DNA of 44,822 bases from a virus. The DNA lies in the IMG/VR virus record IMGVR_UViG_3300017963_000102. The stretch is one strand, 5' to 3'. The notes beneath the pieces were generated by a model. It was given only the letters and a program-made list of their open reading frames with translations, did not search any database and was not told the origin of the DNA. Positions 18,301 to 28,700 of the stretch are shown piece by piece (the first letter of the stretch is position 1; each line of letters opens with the position of its first letter). The position numbers and the translations under genes were made by a program.

Positions 18301-19527
18301 ATGGCCGGACCTGTACTGCCAGACTGGCTGACCTACAGCGAACGGGACTCCGAGGCCCGGAGACGAGCCGCGACGGACGTGGCGAGACGCCAGGCCCGCT
18401 TGCAGCTTCCCTGGCGTCGGCAGCCCGCGAACGCGGTGCGTGTGGATCTGAAGGGCGTGAAACTGGGCAAGAAGAAGGAGCCCAAGCAGAGGTCTCGCCG
18501 GCCCTGGATGGAGCAGCCCAAGGATCCGGTGCGCGTGCACTTGGACGACGGGCGATCGGAGCGGACGGAGGACGCAGCCGCCAAGGCGGTCGCGAAGAAG
18601 CCCGAGGACCGGTCACAGCCGGATCGGCTCGCGGATCTACACGCGAAGGTCGATGCCCACACCGGTGGAAAACCTGTTGCATCCAAGCCGACGGGGCCCT
18701 CGCAGCAGGAGCTCCTGGCCGACCTGCACTCCAAGGTGACCGGCGGGGTGACACCAACGCCACCCCGTGAGACGCTGCACCTCCCGCCACGTATGCCGGC
18801 CCTGGGAGCTGGAGGACCAGGCCCCAGTGAAACGAAACCCCCGGTTCGTGAAATAACGGGGGGGCAACTGATGGACTTCCGCCAGTGGGCGGAGGTGAAC
18901 GCCCCCGAGCTGATCGGCCGGCGGTTCGTGCCGCGTCAACGCCTGGACGCTGCCAAAGAGGCCTACGCCAGGTACATCGCCCTCGAGAAGGAGCGGCGTG
19001 GTGCCGCGCTGGATGAGCGCGCCATGGGTATCAAGGAGGGCAAGGCACAGCCCAGCCTGAGCGACCAGGCCGAGGCGGCTGCGATGGCGAAGCACCCGGG
19101 CGACCCGCTCGCAGCGACCAAGGCCCTCGCGGAAGCGAAGCGTGCCGGCACGGGCAAGGGCGAGAAGGGCCTGGTGGCGGACTCGATGATCGGCAAGGCC
19201 CTGATGGGAGATCCGGCCTATCCGGAGGACGCCCCGGGCGTTCTGGCCGAGATCACCGCGGACCCGATCGAGGGGTTTATGAAGGCGCAGGCCTGGTTCG
19301 AGGAGCAGTCGCCGGCCTGGACACCCAAGCAGAGGGAACAGGTGACGGCAGCCCTGGACGGCAGGCGTCCGACTCTCCAGGACATCAACAAGGCCTGGGC
19401 GGAGGGGTATTTCGGGGACAACCCGACCGAAGCCAAGGCCCGCTACGTGGCGGCGATCAACGCGATCCTCCGCCCGATGGAGGTCGATCGACTCCGCCAC
19501 ATGGGGCGGTCCATGCGAAAGGAGTAA
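18301..19527 (+). CDS. hypothetical virion-associated protein
   Basis: ATG with GGAGG 8 nt upstream. The 408-aa product has a charged N-terminal half with the repeat DRLADLHAKVD / QELLADLHSKVT. Confidence 0.65.
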   Translation: MAGPVLPDWLTYSERDSEARRRAATDVARRQARLQLPWRRQPANAVRVDLKGVKLGKKKEPKQRSRRPWMEQPKDPVRVHLDDGRSERTEDAAAKAVAKKPEDRSQPDRLADLHAKVDAHTGGKPVASKPTGPSQQELLADLHSKVTGGVTPTPPRETLHLPPRMPALGAGGPGPSETKPPVREITGGQLMDFRQWAEVNAPELIGRRFVPRQRLDAAKEAYARYIALEKERRGAALDERAMGIKEGKAQPSLSDQAEAAAMAKHPGDPLAATKALAEAKRAGTGKGEKGLVADSMIGKALMGDPAYPEDAPGVLAEITADPIEGFMKAQAWFEEQSPAWTPKQREQVTAALDGRRPTLQDINKAWAEGYFGDNPTEAKARYVAAINAILRPMEVDRLRHMGRSMRKE

Positions 19528-19530
19528 AGC

Positions 19531-19728
19531 GTGTTGTTTAACGTCGTCGCCCGGGACGAGGTTGCCCCTGACAAGATGTACGTTGTCATCCCGGGGGAGT
19601 ATTCGTTGGTTCCGGAGGATGAACAGGCGGCTTGGGTGGAGGGCGACAAGTTCGTAATTCGCCAGGACTTCCGGCTGAGGCTGAGCGAGCCGCAGAACTG
19701 TGCCGTCATTACGAACATCGGGAGATGA
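19531..19728 (+). CDS. hypothetical protein (65 aa)
   Basis: GTG start with AAAGGAG upstream and ordinary amino-acid composition. Confidence 0.6.
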   Translation: MLFNVVARDEVAPDKMYVVIPGEYSLVPEDEQAAWVEGDKFVIRQDFRLRLSEPQNCAVITNIGR

Positions 19729-19734
19729 ACGACA

Positions 19735-22700
19735 ATGCCCGACGAACCGAGCCTCCTGGACGTCGTGGCCCGTCGGTACGCCGAGAGCCGGGACCGCGTT
19801 CCTCCTGAGGCCGATGACGATCTGTTTCGAGCTGCGCAGCGTCACCAGCTGCCCCCGCTCGAGACTGCTGAACAGGACATCTTCAATGCCGCGCAGGCGG
19901 TGTTCCAGGGCGCGGCGGTCCCCGAGATCCGTCCGGCAGCACCCAGCCCAGAGCAACAGGCCCGTGACCGCGCAGCTGAGGAGAACATCCCCCTCCTCGA
20001 GCGACGTCCTGGAATAGAGGAACCCTACGGCGAGCTCGAGCGACGGGTGGCCCAGCGTGTCATCCGGGAGCAGGAGATCGGGGCGGAGGACTACGGAGAG
20101 CGGCGCCGGCTGTTCGATGAACGCATGGAGGCCGCGGCCCGCGAACGGTGGGCGGAGCGGGTCCGCGCCGAGCGTGAGCAATTCTACCGGGAGAACCCCG
20201 AGGCACGTCCCCCCGAGGCGATCGACCTGACCCGTCCGCAGATGGGGCCACCCGCGCCGGAACCGAAGCGTAAGCGGGTGGGGGCCTTGAAGCGTCTATT
20301 CGGCCCGCTGGTCAGAACCACGCAGGCACCGGCCCGCGTCACCGGGCGACTCATGCAGGAAACCCGCGCGAGCACCCTGGTCAACGAGATCGTGGAGCGG
20401 GAGACGCGGCACCGAAGACGAAACAAGTTACACACCCCCGAGCAGCTCGAGACCCAGTACGGTGTCGACGCGGCGGTGCGCCAGGAGCTCCTCGGCGGGT
20501 TTCCGATGTACGACGACCAGGCGTTCGACAAACAAAAGCAGCTCTACATGCTCTGGAAGTCCATCGAGGACAGCCATGGCGAGGCCTTGCCCGAGGCCCA
20601 GGGGTGGCTCGAGAAGCTGGCCACGTTCGGTGGGGATCTGGGCGCTTTCATCGCAGAGATCAGCATACTGCGGCAGACACCGGGTCTGGCCAGGTATTCG
20701 CGGCAGTACGCTCGAGGCGTGGCACCGGTCACGGCGCCGACCGGCCCCGAAGCACTCCGCCAGGCTACCAGGCAGCACCAGGTCGCCGGCGTGGCCCGCG
20801 AAACCCTCGCAGCTGGCGGGGTCGGCGCACTGCACGGAGAGGATCCGTTCCAGGCCATGCTGACGTTCGCTCCGTTCGGGGCGACCAGGTTCCTCAAGCC
20901 TGTGCAACGGACGATGGCGCAGTCTGCCCTGTTCGCTGGTCCGGACGTCATGGCTGGCGAGTGGCAGGACGCCATTGTGCATGGTGTCTTCGGCCCGCTG
21001 ATTTTCTCGATCCCGGATATGATCCGGTACCCGTTCCGAGCTCGCGGCGCTCGCCCGGAACCCATCGGAGACTGGGAACGCTTCGCCGATTCACCCAGCC
21101 AGGTCGAACGCCTGATCTACCGGTACATGAGCATCAACCGTGAAGTGCAGGGGTTCGCAGGACGCGAGGTCAGCGCAAACGAACTGAGAACGGCACAGAG
21201 CGAGGCGGGCCAGGCCGCGCAGGCCCTGGCGCGTCACTACGCTCGTGCCCAGGAAGGTCGGGGGGAGTACTCGCGCCAAGAGCAGGCGCTGCTGCGTGAG
21301 TTCGTCCACCATCACAGACCGGAGGCCGTGCAAGGCCGATGGCAAGAGGAGGCTCGTCATGCCCCTGAAGAAGGGATGCAACCAGGCGAACGTGTCGTCG
21401 AACATCCGAGAGATGAAGGACGCAGGCCACCCCCAGAAGGTCGCGGTCGCGGCGAGCCTCCGCGCGGCGGGGTGACCCCTGAAGAAGGACGCGGGCCAGT
21501 TGGCCCGACGGAAGCCAGGCCCCAAGAAAGGCCGCAAGCACGGCCCGAAGTGACCCCGAAACCTCCGGCCCCGCCCCCCTCTCCGGGACCGGAGGCCCCA
21601 CCAACAGCGGCACCGCCGAGACCGTCGGTCTCGGCTCCCAAGAAACCCGAACCGAGGCCGCCCGGCGGTGCCGCGCCTGGTGTACAAGTCGGTCAGCGGA
21701 CCGGATCCACAGAAGGCTACAAGGAGCGGTACCTCCAGCTTTACGGCGAGGAGATGCCGGCGTGGGCGGAGTCTCTTATCGAGACGCGACGGAAGGGCCC
21801 CGAGGGCGGAGGCAGGGAGGCACTCAAGGATGAACTCCGCTCCCTCGGGGTTCCTGAGAACCAGCTGAACCGGATGGCGATGACGTGGTATTTCCCGGAG
21901 ATGCCGGACCGGCCGTCGACGGTGATGGAGGCGATCAGGAGGACGAAGGAGGCGATGGCGCCGCCACCAGCCGAACCGGAGCGCCCCCCGGTCGCTGAGG
22001 AGGCTGCTGCAATCGAGCCCCCGGCTGACCTGCTGAAGTGGTGGGACGGCTTGAGTAACGCCGACCGCGCCGACGCGGCGGTGACGTTCGGCTGGACCAA
22101 GCAGGACGCGGCTCGCTACGCACAGGCCAGGTGGCAAGACCTTGCGAGGAGTGTCCAGGAGCACCTCGTCGAACGGTGGGAGAAGATGACCGAGACCGAT
22201 CGGGCGCAGCTGGGGCTGCCCAGGAGGCAAGCAGAGCAGCCGGTGCCGACGCCTGAGCCGGTCGACGTCGACGACGAAATCACACCAGAGACGATGCAAG
22301 CGGTTGGCCGTGAGCCCGAGGCGCCGGCGGAGCCGCCGGCGCTGCGAGCGGGTCTCGCTGAAGAATGGTGGGACAAGGAACTCACAACAGCAGGTAGACG
22401 GGACGTCCTTGCAGCCCTGGGACGGGAAGACGCGGCGGCGGAACTCGTGAGCCCGAAAGTTCGATGGCGACACATCCGTCACGACATGCAGGACGTTCTG
22501 CGGAGGGCCCTCGCAGAACGCACGTTGCCCCAGGAGCTATGGCCGGAGGAAATGACGCCGCCGGACGCAGCACAAGCGTGGTGGACAAATGCATCCCTTG
22601 CAGAGCGCCGGCGTGCGGCGGAGCAGATCGGCTACATCGAGGAGCATGGGGCGAAGCTGCTGGCCAAGGTGAGCTGGGAGCAGCTGAGTGCCGACGTGCA

Positions 22701-25700
22701 AGGCGACCTTCGAGCGGCAGTCGCCAGAGGGGAGCTGGGGGCACCAGAGCCCGCTCCGCAGCCTGTCGCAGCGCCCAGTGGGCCAGCGGCGCCGGAACGT
22801 CCCGTAACACCCCCGGAGGCGCCAGAGCTCGCCGAGGGGCCTGAGCCCCCCTTGCCGGGCATGGGTGACGTCGTGCGGGCCCGGCTTGTTTCCACCTACC
22901 GGAAGCTGCTGGCCCAGTACAAATCCCTGGTGCAGGAGGGGTACAAGTCCCCGGTTTACCAGGAGATCGTCGCCCGGAAGTCACGCGACTGGGAGCGCCA
23001 CGTGATTCCGGGTTCGGATATGGAGCGTGTACGCCAGGGCGGACCGTTCGACATCGGGAAGGACATCACGGATCAGTTCGAGAGCCCGCTGGCAATCGCG
23101 GAAACCAAGCGTAAGGACGCCATGGCCGTGTTCGAGTCGTGGCCTGAAGCCCGTGCCGTCGCGATCGCCAGGGACGTGGGGATAGACAAGCCGAGCCGGA
23201 CGCTGCTTGGTATACTAGAACAGGAGGCCGCAAGTGAAACGCTACCGACACGGGAAGAGGGTCCGCAGCCCCCGCCGGAAGAACCGGAAGGGCCAGCCGG
23301 ACTACCCACTCCGATTGGCCCCAGCCCAGGACCAACACCCACTGCTGGAGCCCCAGAGCCCGCCGCCCCAGGTGAGCGAGAAGGAGGCCGAGAGCCTGCT
23401 GTCAGCGAGCGGCCTCGAGGCGAAGAAGCACTGGGCGAAGCACCTACCGAAGCTGTTCGCGAGCCTCGTCCAGCAGAACCGGCTGAACCGGGCGCTTTAC
23501 CTGGCCCAGGAGCTGACGTTGAGGGCCGTCCACCGGTACCGGGAGAACGGCGTGCCGGCGAACCAAGCCCTGAGCCTAGTGAGCCAGGAGTGGCTCCTCC
23601 CGCCAAGCGAAGACGAAAGGCGCCTGGAGAACGAGCTCGCGGGGAACCTCGAGCCCGACCAGGTGCTCGCGAGCTACCACAAGAGGAGGGGGCGGTTCAG
23701 CCCAGGCCTGCCGAGCCCGAGCCGGAACCAGTCACCCATACCGAGCCCACCGTCGGAGGAAGCGACTACATAATCGCCGAGGACGATCCCCTGTTTGCCG
23801 AGGGGATGGGCAAGCGCGCAGCCCGCACCAACATCCAGGCGATCAGGGTGCTGAAGGAGGTGGAGTCCGAGAACCGTCCGGCCACGCCCGAGGAGCAGAC
23901 CCAGCTGGTGAAGTACCTCGGCTGGGGCTCGATGTCGGAAACCTTCAACACCTGGCGAACGGAGTGGGACGCGATCCGGAAGGAGCTCCAGGGCGTGCTG
24001 GACGCCGACGAGTACCAGGCCGCGGCCGACTCGACGAGCAACGCGATGTACACGCCTCCGCGGATCATCAAGGCGATGTACGCGGCGGTGATCGGTTTCG
24101 GGTTCCGGGGCGGGAGCGTCCTCGAGCCCGCGTCGGGTGTCGGGCACTTCTTCGGACTCATGCCTCCGGAGCTCCGCAAGCTGGTGACTCGCGTGGGGAT
24201 CGAGAAGGATTCGATCAGCGCGCGGATCGGGGCCCTACTCTACCCGCGGTCTGACATGCGTCGGACGCCGTTCGAGGAGGCCCAGCTCCCCAAGGACTAC
24301 TTCACGCTCGCGATCAGCAACGTCCCCTTCGGGAACGTGGCGATCTTCGACCCGCGGTACCCGCAGTGGGCGACGGCTGCGATTCACGACTATTTCTTCA
24401 TCAGGTCGCTCGACCTGGTCCGGCCTGGCGGGGTGGTGGCGTTCATCACCAGCAACGAGACCATGGACAAGGCCACGCCCTACGTGCGCCAAGGGATCGC
24501 GGAGAGAGCGGACCTGCTCGGTGCGGTCCGACTGAACAACAAGTCGCTGCCTGGCACACAGGTGGTGGCGGACATTATTTTCCTTCGCAAGCGCCTACCA
24601 GGTGAGGAGCCGGGGGGAGAGGCCTGGCTCAAATCCCCCCGGCTGCCGGAGCTCCGCGACTACACCGTCAACGAGTACTTTCATGCGCACCCGGAGATGG
24701 TCCTCGGCACATTCGCGCCGGGCACGTTCCACGCTCGTGGGGCCCGCATCACGGTCAACCCGCGGTCGAAGGAGGATCCTCTTGAAGGCCTGGCCGAAGC
24801 CGTCGCGGCGCTGCCTCACAACGTGATGACCGAGGCGGGCGACGTCACCGCGCCGAAGGATCCCGCCGACCTGGTCATGGCCCCGACCAGGGTACCTGTC
24901 GGCTCGTTCTTCCGGGTGGGTGACAAAGTGCACTACAAGGGGGAGAGCGAGACGGCGCCGCCGGCGGCAGTGATCGTGCGCGGCGAGATCCAGGCGAAGG
25001 AGCGGGCCAAAGCGGCGCGGAAGATCAAGCCAGGGCAGAAGCGGCCGGCCCTGCTCACGGCGAGCCAGATCGACAAGCTGGTCGCGGAGCGTGTCGAGCT
25101 CATCGGCGCCCAGGTGGAGCTCCGCGACGTTGTCCTCGAGCTGCTTCACCGGCAGGCCGTCAACGACGCCGAGGGATGGAAGGGGGCCCAGCGGGACCTG
25201 ACCAGAATCTACGACGCTTTCGTGAAGAAGTACGGCTACCTGCACAAACCGAAGAACGTCCGCGCCCTGGGCGACGACTACCACACCGCCGGCGTCCTGG
25301 ACGCTGTCGAGGTCTGGGATCCGAAGACGAAGCGGGCCACCAAGGCGCCGATCTTCGAGCGGCGCATGATCGCAGCTCACGAACGCAAGCTCCGCGCCGA
25401 GAGTCCGCAGGACGCGATCAACACGTCCATGAACGAGTACGGCAAGCTCGACCTGGCGTATATGGCCCAGCTGCTCGAGACGACGCCGGCGGGAGTGAAG
25501 CAGCAGCTGCTCGAGGGCGCCCTGGCGTTCGAGAGTCCCGCCGGCGAGCTCGTCGTCCGAGACGAATACCTTTCGGGGAACGTCCGCCAGAAACTCGCCG
25601 ACGCCGAGGCGGCTGCCCAGATGGATCCGGACCGGTACCGGGGAAACGTGGAGGCGCTGCGTGAGGTCATTCCCAAGGATCTGACGGTCAGCGAGATCAC

Positions 25701-28700
25701 CCCGCAGCTGGGCGCCCCCTGGATCCCGCAGGAGATCGTCCAGGCGTTCGGGCTGCACCTGTTCGGGGCGACGGAACGGGGCGGGCTGTTCATCCGGTAC
25801 ATCCCGGAGCTCGGCAAGTGGATCGTGCGCGGCGGGTACGAGGTGAGTTCGACGGTCGCAGCCAGGAGCAAGTGGGGAATGCCCGATCGACCAGGCCCGC
25901 AGCTGCTTGGTGACGCTCTCAGCAACCGGGCGCCGATCATCAAGGTCCAGGTAGGCGAGCGCGAGGACGGGACTCCGATCATGGAGGAGGACCCGATCGC
26001 GAGCGACGCCGCGGCCGAGAAGATCAAGGTGATCCGGGCCGAGTTCGAGCGGTGGATCTGGTCGGAGCCGAAGCGCACGAACCAACTGGTGAAGGCCTAC
26101 AACTTCGCGTTCAACAACCAGGCCCCTCGTGACTACGACGGCAGTTACTTAACTTTTCCGGGGATGAGTCCGACCTGGAACCTCTACGACTACCAGCGTA
26201 ACGCGGTGGCGTTCAACCTTCAGCGTGGATCCGGCCTGGTCAACCTCGAGCCCGGGGCGGGCAAGACGATGATCGCGATCGCCACGGCTCGCGAGCTCGT
26301 CCGTCTGGGCATGGCCCGCAAGCCGATGATCGTGGTGCAGGCCTCCACGCTGGAGCAGTTCCGACGTGACGCCAAGAGCATGTACCCGGGACACAGCTGG
26401 ACGGTGCTGACGGAGCAGGACACCGCGCCGGCGAACCTGCGCAAGACCCTGGCGAAGATCGCGACGACGGAGAGCACGGTCGTCATCATGTCGCACGAGC
26501 GTCTGCTGAAGCTGCCCATGTCGGCGGAGTACACGACCGACTACTTCGAGGAGAGGATCAACGACCTGAGCCGGGCGAAGGAGGCCGCGGCGCAGCTCGA
26601 GGGCGAGCACGGACGCACGGCAAAGGAGCTCGGCAAAGCCAGGGCCCGGATGCGCGTGCAGCTCCAGAAGCGTCTGCACGCGCTGAAGCAGATGGAGGGC
26701 ATGGGGTTCGAGCAGCTCGGGATCGACTACGTCATCTACGACGAGTCGCAGCGACTGAAAAACCTGGCGTACCAGACGCAGATGCAGCGAGTGAAGGGTC
26801 TGGGGCCCACCGAGGGCAACAACACCACGTTCGACGCCGAGATGAAGACAAAATACCTCCTCCGCCTCCAGAACGGGCGCGGGGTTCTGTTCCAGACTGC
26901 CACGCCGGTCTCGAACTCGATGGTCGAGCTCTACAACCTGACGCGGTTTCTGGCGCCGACGATGCTCGAGGGTCGCGGGATCACGACGTTCGACCAGTGG
27001 GTGGGCTCGTTCGGGTCCGTCGAGTCCGACGTGGAGAGCCTGGGCGAGGGCGGGTACCGGGACGTCCGCCGGCTGCGCGACTACGTGAACGTCGACGACT
27101 TCATGGCGATGTACGCAGACCACACCTACGTGGTGTCGAAAGACGACGTCCACGCCAGGTGGAAGGCCGAGGGCCGGCCGGCGCCCCTGATCGCGAAGAA
27201 CGCCGATGGTGAGCGGACCTGGCGTCTGATCGTCTCCCCGCCGAACGCGGCACACGAGGCCTACGTGAAGACGATCAAGGCGCGGGCGGAGGCCCTGAAG
27301 AAGCGGAAACGCCGGCCACGCAAGGGCGAGGACAACATTCTCAACGTCATCACCGACAACCGGATCGCCGGCCTTGACCTGAAACTGCGCCGGCCCGATG
27401 CCCCGCGCCACCCAGAGGACAAGATCAGCCGCCTGGCCCAGGAGATCATCACACGCCACGAGCGTGACGCCGGCGAGCGGCTGACGCAGCTCGTCGCCAT
27501 GAGCTTCGGGATTCCAAAGCCCGGCGAGTACTCCACGTACCACGAGCTCCGCGACCTGCTCGTCGAGGGCGGGATCCCCAAGGAGGAGATCGCGATCCTC
27601 CAGGAGGTCTCCGCGCAAAAGCGTCAAGAGCTGTTCGACAAGATGAACCGCGGCGACGTCCGCGTGCTCATGGGGACGATTCAGCTGCTGGGCATTGGGG
27701 TGAACGTGCAGGCCCGGCTCAAGACGTTGCACCTGGCGGATCCGGCGTACACACCAGACCGGATCGAGCAGATCCAGGGGCGAGCGGTCCGCCCAGGAAA
27801 CATGAACACCGAGGTCGAGCTGCTCGCCTACGTGCAGAAGGGCAGCGCCGACGAATTCATGTATTCGCTCGCGTTCCACAAGTGGCGGTTCCAGGGTGCT
27901 CTCCTCAGCGGGACGTTGAAGGGGGCCCGGACCTTCCAGGACGTCGACGTCATCGCCGGCGGGTTCGAGGCTGCGATGGCCCACGCCTCGAGGGCCCCGG
28001 TGGTCCTCGAGTGGACGAAAGCACGTAAGGCCCTTCAGCACTTGCAACGGCTGAAGACGGCCCACGAGGGCAGCCAGCGGGAGCTCCGCGCGCAGCTGGG
28101 GCGGTTGCAGGAGCTGGCCGACCGGATCCGGACCAGGACGCTGCCCGCGGCCCAGCGCGGGGCGAAGCTCGTCGGTGACGCCGCGGAGCAGGCCCTCCAG
28201 GTCACGGTGGGCGGAGTCACGTACACGAAGCCCGGAGAGGCGGGCGTGGCTCTGAACGACGCGGTGATGGCTATGCCGTTGAGCAGCGAGTTCCGACCGC
28301 TGGGCACAGTCAACGGCGTGGAGATCGAAGCGGCTCACGAGCAGCGGACCAGTGTGCATGAGACGTATGACGTCGCCATGTTTCGGCTTGCCGGCACGTC
28401 CATCACGTTCGGGTCGGAGCAGGGGGGGCACTGGTACCCCCAGGCTATCGACATCCACCCGAAACTGAAAAAGACCGGCGCGTCGTACATCACGAGGGAC
28501 GCCAAGCGGCTGCTCGAGATCCCGGCACAGCGGGCGGAACGCCTCCAAGAGCGTCTGGAGAAGACCGAAGCTGAGCTGGCCAGCGGCGAGAAGGAGCTGG
28601 GCCCGTTCGCGCGTGAGGCCGACCTGGCGGAGTACACCGCCAAGGAGGCGAAGCTGTCCGCGCAGGTCGAGGCCCTCGGCGCCGAGCCGGTCAAGCCGGG

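Noticed and set aside
21473-21475. Genome-wide TGA reassignment as the explanation for the in-frame TGA of the nested small ORF.
   Set aside because: TGA ends many well-supported genes here (for example 6411, 19728, 33691, 34860, 35387, 36016, 37582, 39014, 39475, 41768, 43290). A recoded genome is therefore unlikely. Local readthrough or a nonsense mutation remains possible.
22741-22865. A third frame-switch island in the Pro-rich linker APEPAPQPVAAPSGPAAPERPVTPPEAPELAEGPEPP.
   Set aside because: The +1 frame is G/C3-rich for about 21 codons, but it has no start or SD, gives an Arg/Ser smear and stops at TAA ~22804..22806. This is consistent with an ordinary Pro/Ala linker in the main frame.
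23684-23695. prfB-like +1 frameshift at AGGGGG.
   Set aside because: A +1 shift from the nested frame would enter the third frame, not the methyltransferase frame. Only a -1 (or +2) event fits.
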